A stretch of 64,000 nt of DNA from a virus (lineage: Duplodnaviria; Caudoviricetes). Below are positions 49,263-57,229 of the stretch, piece by piece (the first letter of the stretch is position 1; each line of letters opens with the position of its first letter). A program made the translations under genes and the position numbers. The notes under the pieces are model-generated. The model had not been told where the DNA came from, made no database searches, and saw only the letters and a program-made list of their open reading frames with translations. The DNA lies in the IMG/VR virus record IMGVR_UViG_3300020492_000001, positions 1 to 64,000 of that record; one strand, given 5' to 3'.

Positions 49263-49532
49263 CGAGCTAGTTCGAGTCTAGTCGCTAACCGAGCGTCATA
49301 ATGACGGCAGGGACATAAAAAATCCTACAAGGCAGGTTTGACTGATGGAAAGACATCAAATATTAAAGCCCGTTTGACGACTCGGCGGATGAAGAAGAAA
49401 GACTGCAATACCTAGGTAAGTTGTAGTAATAGAGTCGTAGTATTAAAACCATGGCGGTGGTAAAAATAATAGGTGCCAAGACACTCAGTTTAAACATTGG
49501 TAAATGAAGGACGTTCAGCCTATTGTTTTTTT

Positions 49533-49550
49533 TAACTCAACTTTGAATTA
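49533..49550. promoter_or_regulatory. 18-bp palindrome copy
   Basis: TAACTCAA-CT-TTGAATTA. Confidence 0.7.
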
Positions 49551-49565
49551 TTTTCTATAATAATT

Positions 49566-49594
49566 GTAACCTTTCTTATTCTATTATCGTATAA
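49566..49594 (+). promoter_or_regulatory. ECF-like promoter motif
   Basis: GTAACC-N16-CGTATAA. Confidence 0.7.
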
Positions 49595-49612
49595 CCTTTT
49601 AAATTAATAATC

Positions 49613-50113
49613 ATGGAAAAGTATAAACACAAGAAAACAGGAATCATTGTAGAAATTGGAGTAAGTAACAAGAACTATTACTATGCTTATAAAGAATGTG
49701 AAGCTATTGCTAAATGGGTAGTAGAAGATTCTTTAGATTGGGAAGAAGTAAAAGAAGAATCTAATCCATGGCATATAGAAAAGAAACCTAAAATATACAC
49801 TACTACTGACGGTGTGGATATATTTGAAAAGAATTTTACTGTATTATATTTACTAAGTAAAGAATTAACTATTCCATCACAAAATATTGTTGTTGTTCAC
49901 AGTTTCTCTAAACAAGATAAGGAAGTGGCGGATAGATACTTAACGTTCACTTCAGAAGAAAACAGAGCTAAATATGTAGACGAAAACAATCCTAAATATA
50001 GTTTGGCGGACATTGAAAACTGCTACCCTCATGCTAATGTTACAGGAAACAGAATTAAAGATATTCCTGTAGTAGCAGCCTTATTCAGTAATCTTAAAAA
50101 ATTAGGTAAGTAG
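49613..50113 (+). CDS. hypothetical protein
   Basis: Downstream of the promoter motif at 49566. Confidence 0.6.
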   Translation: MEKYKHKKTGIIVEIGVSNKNYYYAYKECEAIAKWVVEDSLDWEEVKEESNPWHIEKKPKIYTTTDGVDIFEKNFTVLYLLSKELTIPSQNIVVVHSFSKQDKEVADRYLTFTSEENRAKYVDENNPKYSLADIENCYPHANVTGNRIKDIPVVAALFSNLKKLGK

Positions 50114-50116
50114 TAT

Positions 50117-51682
50117 ATGATAAAGAACTTGCGTGGATACCAACAAGAAGTAATATGTAAAGTAGAAGATGCTTTAAAATCAGGAGTTAGCCGCCAGCTT
50201 GTTTGTATGGCAACTGGTTTAGGTAAAACTTTTACGGCAGTCAAGATAGTTGAGAAGCTACAATTCAAGCGTATTTTATGGATTACACATAACGAGGAGT
50301 TAATCCAACAATCTGGACTTGCATTCCTTAAAGATAAGTTTGACGATACATTTGCTAAACACGTTCAAGATATAGGCTTCTTAGATTGGGTTGATAAACA
50401 TAACTGTAATTTCGGAAACCATACAGGAACGTTTAAAATGGGTGCAATTAAAGCCTCTGTATTTAAGATTAATGCAGAAGTTACTATGGCATCAGCACAA
50501 ACTCTCTACAGAAGACTAGATAAGATTCCATTTGATTATTTCGATTGCATCGTAGTTGATGAATGTCACCTCTTCATGGCCAAGACGTTCCTACAGCCAT
50601 TAGAATACTTTAAGCCTAAATTACTACTTGGACTTACCGCCACGCCGCATCGTATGGACGGCTTATCTCTAGGCAACATATTTGAGCAAATAACCTATGA
50701 GTATAATATAGGACAAGGTATTAAAGATGGTTACTTATGTGAGTTAGACGGAATAAGAGTACAAACTAATGTGTCATTAGATAACGTAAGAACAACCGCA
50801 GGAGAACTTAATCAGAAGGATTTAGCAGATGAAGTAAATATTCCTAGACGTAACCAATTAATTATAGATAAATACAAGGAATACGCTGATGGAAGACAAG
50901 GAATATTCTTTTGTGTAGACATTCAACACGCTTGCGATTTAGCGGATATGTTTATTGAAAATGGTATTAGCTGTAAACCTATTGTTGGAGATGAAGAATT
51001 TACTCCTGATAGAGTTGGTACTATACAAGATTTTAAAGATAGAAAGATACAAGTCCTTACTAATTGCCAGATACTTACTACTGGTTTTGATGAGCCAAAC
51101 GTAGGGGTAATCGGTAATGCTTCTCCAACAAAGTCTTTAACTAAGTATATGCAGTCTGTTGGGCGCGGATCAAGATTAAAAGATAAAGAGTTCGTAGATA
51201 GATTTGGACAAAACTGTGTAATCCTAGACTTTGTAGATTCAAGTTCAAGACATAAGTTAATCAATACATGGACACTAGATCAAGGAAAGAACTTAGAGGA
51301 TAGAGTATTCTTAACTCAGGATAAGAGAGACTATATATTAGAAGAAAGAGCTAGAAAGTCTGCTAAAGTTGAAAATTTAACTGATAAGGATGAGAGAATA
51401 AAGCTAATTGAATTACCTCCTGCTAAACAATTTGGATGGAAGAAAATGCAAGAAGCGGCAACATCCGCACAATTAAAATACATATCTGATTTAGGACACG
51501 ATATTCAAAACAATACTTACACTAAACAGCAATGCGCGGATATTATATCTTTAGAGCCTTGTAATAAAAAAGAGATAGAATATTTGAAATCTAAAGGATA
51601 TGACACTACATTTGCCACAAAGGGCCAATACGGCACAATTTACTACGAATTAGAAATGAAAAACAAATGGAAAAAGAAGTAG
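50117..51682 (+). CDS. superfamily 2 (DExH, ResIII-like) helicase
   Basis: LRGYQ Q-motif, MATGLGKT, VVDECH, GLTATP, LTTGFDEP, QSVGRGSR. Confidence 0.92.
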   Translation: MIKNLRGYQQEVICKVEDALKSGVSRQLVCMATGLGKTFTAVKIVEKLQFKRILWITHNEELIQQSGLAFLKDKFDDTFAKHVQDIGFLDWVDKHNCNFGNHTGTFKMGAIKASVFKINAEVTMASAQTLYRRLDKIPFDYFDCIVVDECHLFMAKTFLQPLEYFKPKLLLGLTATPHRMDGLSLGNIFEQITYEYNIGQGIKDGYLCELDGIRVQTNVSLDNVRTTAGELNQKDLADEVNIPRRNQLIIDKYKEYADGRQGIFFCVDIQHACDLADMFIENGISCKPIVGDEEFTPDRVGTIQDFKDRKIQVLTNCQILTTGFDEPNVGVIGNASPTKSLTKYMQSVGRGSRLKDKEFVDRFGQNCVILDFVDSSSRHKLINTWTLDQGKNLEDRVFLTQDKRDYILEERARKSAKVENLTDKDERIKLIELPPAKQFGWKKMQEAATSAQLKYISDLGHDIQNNTYTKQQCADIISLEPCNKKEIEYLKSKGYDTTFATKGQYGTIYYELEMKNKWKKK

Positions 51683-51821
51683 ATAAAACAAAAGTATGTT
51701 ATATCTGTAAGAAACCTACAGAGTATAGCCTACACCCAGTATTTACTTCTGACATGGTAATTATCAAAGGAATAAAACAATGCTTTAAATGCCTATCAAA
51801 TAACTATAAAAACAAATAAAT

Positions 51822-52178
51822 ATGAAAAACAATCCAACAACAGGAAAACGCAAAGAGGCGGATGCTCCAACAAACTTAGTAATAGAAGGTTCTATTGACT
51901 ATAAACTAACTATATCTAAAAAAGGATATGAATTAGAAACTAAGAATAGTATTGATAATGATTTAGCTGCCATGTTACACGCAAGAGGAATAATAGAAAT
52001 GTATAAAAAAGACTCTGAGATGACTAAAGCTCATCCTATTTATAAAATGATGAAGCCTGACAAAAGAAAAGAATTTAATAGTAAGTACGATAAACTAATT
52101 CACGCATCTTATATTATAGAGAAATTATCTGGAAAATTATTAGAAAATGCTATGATAGCTATTAACAAAAAAGATTAA
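51822..52178 (+). CDS. hypothetical protein
   Basis: Co-oriented ORF. Confidence 0.55.
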   Translation: MKNNPTTGKRKEADAPTNLVIEGSIDYKLTISKKGYELETKNSIDNDLAAMLHARGIIEMYKKDSEMTKAHPIYKMMKPDKRKEFNSKYDKLIHASYIIEKLSGKLLENAMIAINKKD

Positions 52179-52182
52179 TGCC

Positions 52183-52428
52183 ATGAAACATAAACGCGAA
52201 CTTAAAATTTATAACGGAAGAGTAAAAGTATATGTAGATGGATACGTGATGTTTTCTTTTAATCAAATTGACTTCTTAGGTTATTATGCTTATAAGGACG
52301 ATACTTCACTCTACGGATTAGATATTTATTTATTAAGAGAAAAAGCGGGTGCGTCCACGATGGAAATTTACTTTAAAACTAAAGAGAATTGGCTCGAAAT
52401 GCTTAAATTACTTGATACTCATTTGTAA
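52183..52428 (+). CDS. hypothetical protein
   Basis: Co-oriented ORF. Confidence 0.55.
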   Translation: MKHKRELKIYNGRVKVYVDGYVMFSFNQIDFLGYYAYKDDTSLYGLDIYLLREKAGASTMEIYFKTKENWLEMLKLLDTHL

Positions 52429-52450
52429 TTTAATTATTTTGAAAATAAAC

Positions 52451-52478
52451 GTAACCTTTTAAATTTATATACGTTTAA
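52451..52478 (+). promoter_or_regulatory. ECF-like promoter motif at the head of the cassette array
   Basis: GTAACC-N15-CGTTTAA, 6 bp before hairpin 1. Confidence 0.7.
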
Positions 52479-52484
52479 ATAGAT

Positions 52485-52614
52485 AGATAACGTTGAGTAT
52501 ATATGTTCGGTTGCGATTAATAGCACGAACTTATCAATTTAAACAAAACTTAATAGAATGAACAAAATTTCAAATAAACACGAAACCGCAACTGACATAT
52601 ATACTGTGTTATGT
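52485..52614. repeat. attC-like hairpin 1
   Basis: AGATAAC-GTTG-AGTATATATGTTCGGTTGCG ... CGCAACTGACATATATACT-GT-GTTATGT. Confidence 0.85.
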
Positions 52615-53010
52615 GCTGCCTTTTGTGGTGCTGGTAAAACATTTATTTGTGATAAAACAGATATAAAGGCAGTTGAAGTTGAATATTGGAAGTATAAAGA
52701 AAAAGGACTGTTCAAAGAATATATTGAAGATGTTAAGAAGTATATCGGTAAGGTAGATTACATCTTTATTGCAACAGAGCCAGAAGGAATGAAATTGCTA
52801 CATGATGAAGGATTTGAAATAACTCTTGTTTACCCAAAAAATGAACTCCGAAACGAATATTTGGATAGATACATTGAGCGTGATAGTCCTTATGATTTTA
52901 TTGGAACATTTATGAAGCATTGGCATATATGGATTGATGAACTTAAAGAGCAAAAATATTGTAAGCATATTATTTTGGATTCAGGACAATACTTGCAGAA
53001 TGTTCTTTAA
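52558..53010 (+). CDS. cassette 1 ORF: P-loop kinase-like protein
   Basis: VLCAAFCGAGKT Walker A; starts inside hairpin 1. Confidence 0.65.
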   Translation: MNKISNKHETATDIYTVLCAAFCGAGKTFICDKTDIKAVEVEYWKYKEKGLFKEYIEDVKKYIGKVDYIFIATEPEGMKLLHDEGFEITLVYPKNELRNEYLDRYIERDSPYDFIGTFMKHWHIWIDELKEQKYCKHIILDSGQYLQNVL

Positions 53011-53016
53011 GGTTGC

Positions 53017-53109
53017 ACATAACGTTTTGCGGCTTGGCGAAGGCTGCCTAACGGATGCTCAATTTTCGCACAAATTTCAATGGCAGCTTTTGCCAAACCG
53101 CTGTTACCT
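53017..53109. repeat. attC-like hairpin 2
   Basis: ACATAAC-GTTTT-GCGGCTTGGCGAAGGCTGCC ... GGCAGCTTTTGCCAAACCGC-T-GTTACCT. Confidence 0.85.
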
Positions 53110-53418
53110 GCTGGGCGGTTTATCAGTAGGAACTTAAAAATAATATTCAAAATGTTGCCAAAAGAAAAAGCACAGGAACTTGTAAGCAAGTTTAAAGATT
53201 ACGTTCACGGATATGTTGGTAGCTCAATGCTTACCAACCATGAATACCCTGAACAAATTTTATCACAAGCAAAGAAAGTAGCAATTATTGTTGCAGATGA
53301 AATGCTCCATCAATACACTACTTTAAATGCTGATTTAATAAACGCATTGTATCGAACAGAAAAGGTTGTCTTTTGGCAACAGGTCAAAATAGAAATTGAT
53401 TATGTGTCGGAATTGTAG
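53080..53418 (+). CDS. cassette 2 ORF: MTPKEKA-family protein (alternative start at MLPKEKA)
   Basis: MLPKEKAQELVSKF...AIIVADEM...FWQQVKIEI. Confidence 0.6.
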   Translation: MAAFAKPLLPAGRFISRNLKIIFKMLPKEKAQELVSKFKDYVHGYVGSSMLTNHEYPEQILSQAKKVAIIVADEMLHQYTTLNADLINALYRTEKVVFWQQVKIEIDYVSEL

Positions 53419-53424
53419 CCTTGC

Positions 53425-53557
53425 AGGTAACGTTTCGCAGCTATATTTAGTTGCGATTTTGAAAAACAAAAGTTTAATTAATAAATAAAAGTAAATATGA
53501 AAAACAAAGTTGAAAATAAGAGCAATAATAAGCAATTGAATATACTAGCTGTTAGGC
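53425..53557. repeat. attC-like hairpin 3
   Basis: AGGTAAC-GTTTC-GCAGCTATATTTAGTTGC ... GCAATTGAATATACTAGC-T-GTTAGGC. Confidence 0.8.
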
Positions 53558-53940
53558 GTAGTTTTTTTAACTTCAAGTATAAATGGCCATTAAGAAAATA
53601 CTGGCTTAATTGGTTTAAAAGAGATGTTAAGAGATGGTATTATTCTAAAATACACGGTTTTAAAATGGGTGTATTTGATGGAACTATGATTCCAACTACT
53701 GGTAAAGGTAAATATGTATCTGTTTATTCTAAAGGTGAAATAATCCAAATTAAACATGAAAGCGGTTATGAACATTTAGAGTATGATGAAATTAGAATAA
53801 TACCATGTCAAGAAAATCACGGTGTAATGGTTGAAAGATTTAAAACAGGAAAAATGTGCGATAGAAACCACATGGATTTAAAGCAATTTAATAAAGGTAT
53901 AATTTTCGCTTCCAATGTTGAACAGTTGGCTGGTCGTTAA
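53497..53940 (+). CDS. cassette 3 ORF, hypothetical
   Basis: Starts inside hairpin 3, stops 6 nt before hairpin 4. Confidence 0.6.
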   Translation: MKNKVENKSNNKQLNILAVRRSFFNFKYKWPLRKYWLNWFKRDVKRWYYSKIHGFKMGVFDGTMIPTTGKGKYVSVYSKGEIIQIKHESGYEHLEYDEIRIIPCQENHGVMVERFKTGKMCDRNHMDLKQFNKGIIFASNVEQLAGR

Positions 53941-53946
53941 AATTAC

Positions 53947-54082
53947 GCCTAACGTTTTGCAACTTGCATTAGTGCCTTGCAAAAATACGAGTAGCTTCGG
54001 ATTAAAAAAGAACACAACAAATAAAAAACAAACATTAAATTAACAACCAAGCCAAAGGCATTGATGCAAATTGCTGTTATGC
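53947..54082. repeat. attC-like hairpin 4
   Basis: GCCTAAC-GTTTT-GCAACTTGCATTAGTGCCTT ... AAGGCATTGATGCAAATTGC-T-GTTATGC. Confidence 0.85.
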
Positions 54083-54107
54083 GCTGGCAAAAAAAAAATT
54101 AAAAATT

Positions 54108-54422
54108 ATGAGTACAATTATCGAAGACATTCAGTTTATGAAATCAATTTTGCCTGAACACTATGAGGTAAAAGAAAGTAAAAAATCAGGTTCAATTCAT
54201 TGTAAATCAAGTATTGGATTAAGAAAAACGCCATACAATAGTTTTGATAGTTTTAAACGACCAATTATTGTTGATGATGCGGAAGATGAAGAACAATGGT
54301 TTTATATCGTTGAAGCTATTAAAGCAAAGTTTGGCGAAAGGTTACAGGAAATTGACCATAACACTTGTTTTTGCCACGTCGATTTCACGATTTATCTGCG
54401 GTTTTCCGTTGCTTGCGCATAA
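54108..54422 (+). CDS. cassette 4 ORF, hypothetical
   Basis: Stop codon is the TAA of the next site's GCATAAC. Confidence 0.6.
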   Translation: MSTIIEDIQFMKSILPEHYEVKESKKSGSIHCKSSIGLRKTPYNSFDSFKRPIIVDDAEDEEQWFYIVEAIKAKFGERLQEIDHNTCFCHVDFTIYLRFSVACA

Positions 54423-54548
54423 CGGTTTGCAGCTAAACGAGGTGGCTGATTAATACCTCGAAACTTAATTAAAAGAACAAAATTATGAACACAGACAAAA
54501 GTTTATTAGAAGAACAAAGCAAGCCATCTTTTTTAGGTGCTGTTATGT
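54417..54548. repeat. attC-like hairpin 5
   Basis: GCATAAC-GGTTT-GCAGCTAAACGAGGTGGCT ... AGCCATCTTTTTTAGGTGC-T-GTTATGT. Confidence 0.85.
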
Positions 54549-54691
54549 GCCGTTTTTTATTCCAATACAGAAGTATGGATAAAGATTTAATGGTACATAT
54601 TGAAGCAAGTAGTTTAAATTATGCAATGGTGAAATTTGCAACTCACTACCATTTAATTGATGAAGTGTATGAGATTGCAAGGGTGTCCTAA
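54485..54691 (+). CDS. cassette 5 ORF, hypothetical
   Basis: Starts inside hairpin 5 (…SFLGAVMCRF is encoded by the right arm). Confidence 0.6.
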   Translation: MNTDKSLLEEQSKPSFLGAVMCRFLFQYRSMDKDLMVHIEASSLNYAMVKFATHYHLIDEVYEIARVS

Positions 54692-54697
54692 AATGGC

Positions 54698-54847
54698 ACA
54701 TAACGGAAAATAATAAACGTATGTGTTGGTGTGTGGTTAAAGTGTTCCTCTGGCTAATGGACAAGTACCATAACCGTAAGTGCCTAAAACTTACCATACC
54801 ACGCTACGGGCGGAACACGCCAACATTACGTTTATTTATTGTTAGCA
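54698..54847. repeat. attC-like hairpin 6
   Basis: ACATAAC-GGAA-AATAATAAACGTATGTGTTGG ... CCAACATTACGTTTATTTATT-GTTAGCA. Confidence 0.75.
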
Positions 54848-54862
54848 AATCGTTTTAATGTT

Positions 54863-54941
54863 TGCTAACGGCATCAAGCTAAAAGCTGACCGCCTAATAA
54901 GCGGTTAGTATATGGCGGTTTGATTTTAGGTTGTGTTATGT
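54863..54941. repeat. attC-like hairpin 7
   Basis: TGCTAAC-GGCAT-CAAGCTAAAAGCTGACCGCC ... GGCGGTTTGATTTTAGGTTG-T-GTTATGT. Confidence 0.8.
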
Positions 54942-55003
54942 TGGTGCGATGGCAAGTGTGTGAGGCAGTTTTATTTTATTAATTTTTAAAAAAGCGGAGG
55001 AAA

Positions 55004-55216
55004 ATGGAAAACTTATACTTTAGAAAAAAACTTATATGGGCTGAAATTGAGCGATTAAAACACGAACTTGAAAAGAATCAAGAGTTTATTAACTTATTTC
55101 AAAAACAAAACAATGATTTGCTAAAACAGATTGAAAAGCAATTTAAAGAAATAGAAATTGTTGGAGAGCAATTACTAAAAATAGAAACAGAACAATTAAT
55201 AAAACATGATTTATGA
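55004..55216 (+). CDS. cassette 7 ORF a, coiled-coil hypothetical
   Basis: Heptad pattern. Confidence 0.55.
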   Translation: MENLYFRKKLIWAEIERLKHELEKNQEFINLFQKQNNDLLKQIEKQFKEIEIVGEQLLKIETEQLIKHDL

Positions 55217-55482
55217 CAACAGAAAAACCACTTAGAAAAACAGGCAGTTATATAGTAATTGCCAAACGTTGGAGCAGCGAACAATCACATAATTACATTG
55301 TAGATTTATGCTCAGGAATTGATTCAGCTAAAGAAATTGCAGAAAATGAAATGCGAGAGCGTGGCGGTAAATATGGGATACAGATAATTGCTTTTAGAGA
55401 AGATAACAACGAGCAAGAAATTGTTTTTGAAATTGAAAGCCCATATAAGAATAAGGTAAATATACCTACTGATAACGCTTAG
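55213..55482 (+). CDS. cassette 7 ORF b, hypothetical
   Basis: ATGA overlap with ORF a. Confidence 0.55.
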   Translation: MTTEKPLRKTGSYIVIAKRWSSEQSHNYIVDLCSGIDSAKEIAENEMRERGGKYGIQIIAFREDNNEQEIVFEIESPYKNKVNIPTDNA

Positions 55483-55519
55483 GTGCGTAGGCTTTTAAAA
55501 ATTAATAAAATAAAATTGA

Positions 55520-55606
55520 ACATAACGGTTTGCAGCTAATAGAAGGCTGTAATTACACAAAAATATATGAGCTGTTAACTCAGCTTTTTATTAGGTGCTG
55601 TTAGTA
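55520..55606. repeat. attC-like hairpin 8
   Basis: ACATAAC-GGTTT-GCAGCTAATAGAAGGCTG ... CAGCTTTTTATTAGGTGC-T-GTTAGTA. Confidence 0.85.
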
Positions 55607-55655
55607 CCAGTAGCCAAATTAAAATTTAAAAACAATAACAATTAAAAACTAAAAT

Positions 55656-55934
55656 ATGAAAAACAACAAAGAACAATCGTACCAATACGCTGCAATTATA
55701 CAAGGCGCAATAGCAGAAATGTTAAATGAAGATAGTGATAGCGATTATAGAATATCGTTAAGCGATTTTGATGATGAGGATAAAGCAACTGCATTTTTGC
55801 ACGCATTAGCTAATATAGTGCCTTGTAATATCTATAAAAAATTAACTCAAGATGATACTGACATTTTAGGTTTTAATCATATCGCTAATAGATTAGTATA
55901 TCAATTTACAAAGCAGGACGAAGCCGAAGATTAA
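55656..55934 (+). CDS. cassette 8 ORF, hypothetical
   Basis: Fills the interval between hairpins 8 and 9. Confidence 0.6.
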   Translation: MKNNKEQSYQYAAIIQGAIAEMLNEDSDSDYRISLSDFDDEDKATAFLHALANIVPCNIYKKLTQDDTDILGFNHIANRLVYQFTKQDEAED

Positions 55935-55951
55935 ACATCAAAGGCTATTAG

Positions 55952-56082
55952 TACTAACGGTTGGTGCTTTATTTAGTGCCGACTTAACAGATAAAATTTA
56001 ATTGAAACACAAATGAAAAATAAAAAGACAAAAGTAAAATCGAAGCCGAAAACTAAGGCATTGAATAAAGCACTTGTTAGCA
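55952..56082. repeat. attC-like hairpin 9
   Basis: TACTAAC-GGTTG-GTGCTTTATTTAGTGCC ... GGCATTGAATAAAGCAC-TT-GTTAGCA. Confidence 0.85.
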
Positions 56083-56270
56083 GTAGTGCCTATGTGCGTT
56101 ACCGCTACTCAGGTAAATCTTCTTCAATATTTTGGGATATAGTAAATTCATTACCAAAAGATGCAGACAGACAAGAGATGTATGCTTTAGGATGCGTTTT
56201 GCAAAATGTTGAAGAAGATGTGTTGAGAACACTAAGGAATATTAACAGCAAGTATGTGCGTGGCAAATAG
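56013..56270 (+). CDS. cassette 9 ORF, hypothetical
   Basis: Starts inside hairpin 9. Confidence 0.6.
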   Translation: MKNKKTKVKSKPKTKALNKALVSSSAYVRYRYSGKSSSIFWDIVNSLPKDADRQEMYALGCVLQNVEEDVLRTLRNINSKYVRGK

Positions 56271-56277
56271 GCATTAC

Positions 56278-56411
56278 TGCTAACGTTCTGGCGGTTGGCG
56301 TTCGTTGCCGACTTTGGAACACTAAACTTTCACTTTTAAAATAAATTTGATATGGAACACAAAACTTCAATAAACCACGAAAACGGCAATGACGCCAACC
56401 GCTTGTTACCA
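56278..56411. repeat. attC-like hairpin 10
   Basis: TGCTAAC-GTTCTG-GCGGTTGGCGTTCGTTGCCG ... CGGCAATGACGCCAACCGC-TT-GTTACCA. Confidence 0.85.
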
Positions 56412-56579
56412 GCAGTTAGTTGGTATAAATCATTATCGCTCAACCAAAAGATGGCGCTCAAAGAAGTATCAGCATTAATTTGTGGAATGAAATGGGAAGA
56501 TTTCAATATTCTATTCAGTCCACGAGAAAGACTTGAGATATTGCACAACAAATTAATATTGGAAGGTTTCCTTGTCTAA
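56352..56579 (+). CDS. cassette 10 ORF, hypothetical
   Basis: Starts inside hairpin 10. Confidence 0.6.
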   Translation: MEHKTSINHENGNDANRLLPAVSWYKSLSLNQKMALKEVSALICGMKWEDFNILFSPRERLEILHNKLILEGFLV

Positions 56580-56583
56580 TTGC

Positions 56584-56681
56584 TGGTAACGTTTTGCAGC
56601 TAATAGAAGTGGCTGCTTGTAAGAACTTCTGAATTATAAACAAATGCTTGTAGCAGCCATTTTTGTTAGGTGCTGTTATAA
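56584..56681. repeat. attC-like hairpin 11
   Basis: TGGTAAC-GTTTT-GCAGCTAATAGAAGTGGCTGCT ... AGCAGCCATTTTTGTTAGGTGC-T-GTTATAA. Confidence 0.85.
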
Positions 56682-56700
56682 GCTGTAAAAATTACGACTT

Positions 56701-56907
56701 ATGAAAACGTATTTATCATTTTACGGAGATTGTTATTACCCAAGCGGTGGTATGGGTGATTTTATTGGAGATTACGACACCAAAGAAGAAGCGATACAAG
56801 CTATTGAAGAAGCTCACAAAAAGAACCGCCCTGATGATTTAGAATGGGAGTGGGCTTGGGCTAATGTTTGGAGTGCACATGACCGAATCGAAGTGTACAC
56901 TAAGTAA
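56701..56907 (+). CDS. cassette 11 ORF, hypothetical
   Basis: MKTYLSFYGDCYYPSGGMGDF; fills the interval. Confidence 0.6.
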   Translation: MKTYLSFYGDCYYPSGGMGDFIGDYDTKEEAIQAIEEAHKKNRPDDLEWEWAWANVWSAHDRIEVYTK

Positions 56908-56917
56908 TTTTTATTGC

Positions 56918-56981
56918 TTATAACGGATGAAGCCTTACCCAGCGAAGGTGTCGACCGAGTTGGGTAAGGGTTGGGTTATAA
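56918..56981. repeat. attC-like hairpin 12 (shortest, 64 bp)
   Basis: TTATAAC-GGATG-AAGCCTTACCCAGC ... GTTGGGTAAGGGTT-GG-GTTATAA. Confidence 0.85.
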
Positions 56982-57032
56982 GCTGACGGTTACTAATGTT
57001 ACTATGAAAAACAATTTAAAAAAAATAACGAT

Positions 57033-57218
57033 ATGATTGAAATAGAAGAATTATTTGGTGGAAATGATGCCGAAGAACACAATGTTTTATACACTATTAT
57101 TAAAAATAGAGGATATAAATATTTTGAAGAAACACCCAAAACAAGTATGACTTGCGGATTAATTAAAGATTTACACGAACTAAATTACGAGATTGTAAAA
57201 AAAAACGTTTCAAAGTAG
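57033..57218 (+). CDS. cassette 12 ORF, hypothetical
   Basis: Fills the interval between hairpins 12 and 13. Confidence 0.55.
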   Translation: MIEIEELFGGNDAEEHNVLYTIIKNRGYKYFEETPKTSMTCGLIKDLHELNYEIVKKNVSK

Positions 57219-57229
57219 CTACCGTTTGC

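Noticed and set aside
49263-49290. Third tRNA at GCTAGTTCGAGTCTAGT
   Set aside because: Only a T-arm-like hairpin; no acceptor or anticodon arms.
55465-55492. CCTAC-TGATAACGCTTAGGTGC-GTAGG as a 14th hairpin site
   Set aside because: It has TAACG and TTAGGTGC fragments but no second arm or GTT box; at most a degenerate remnant.
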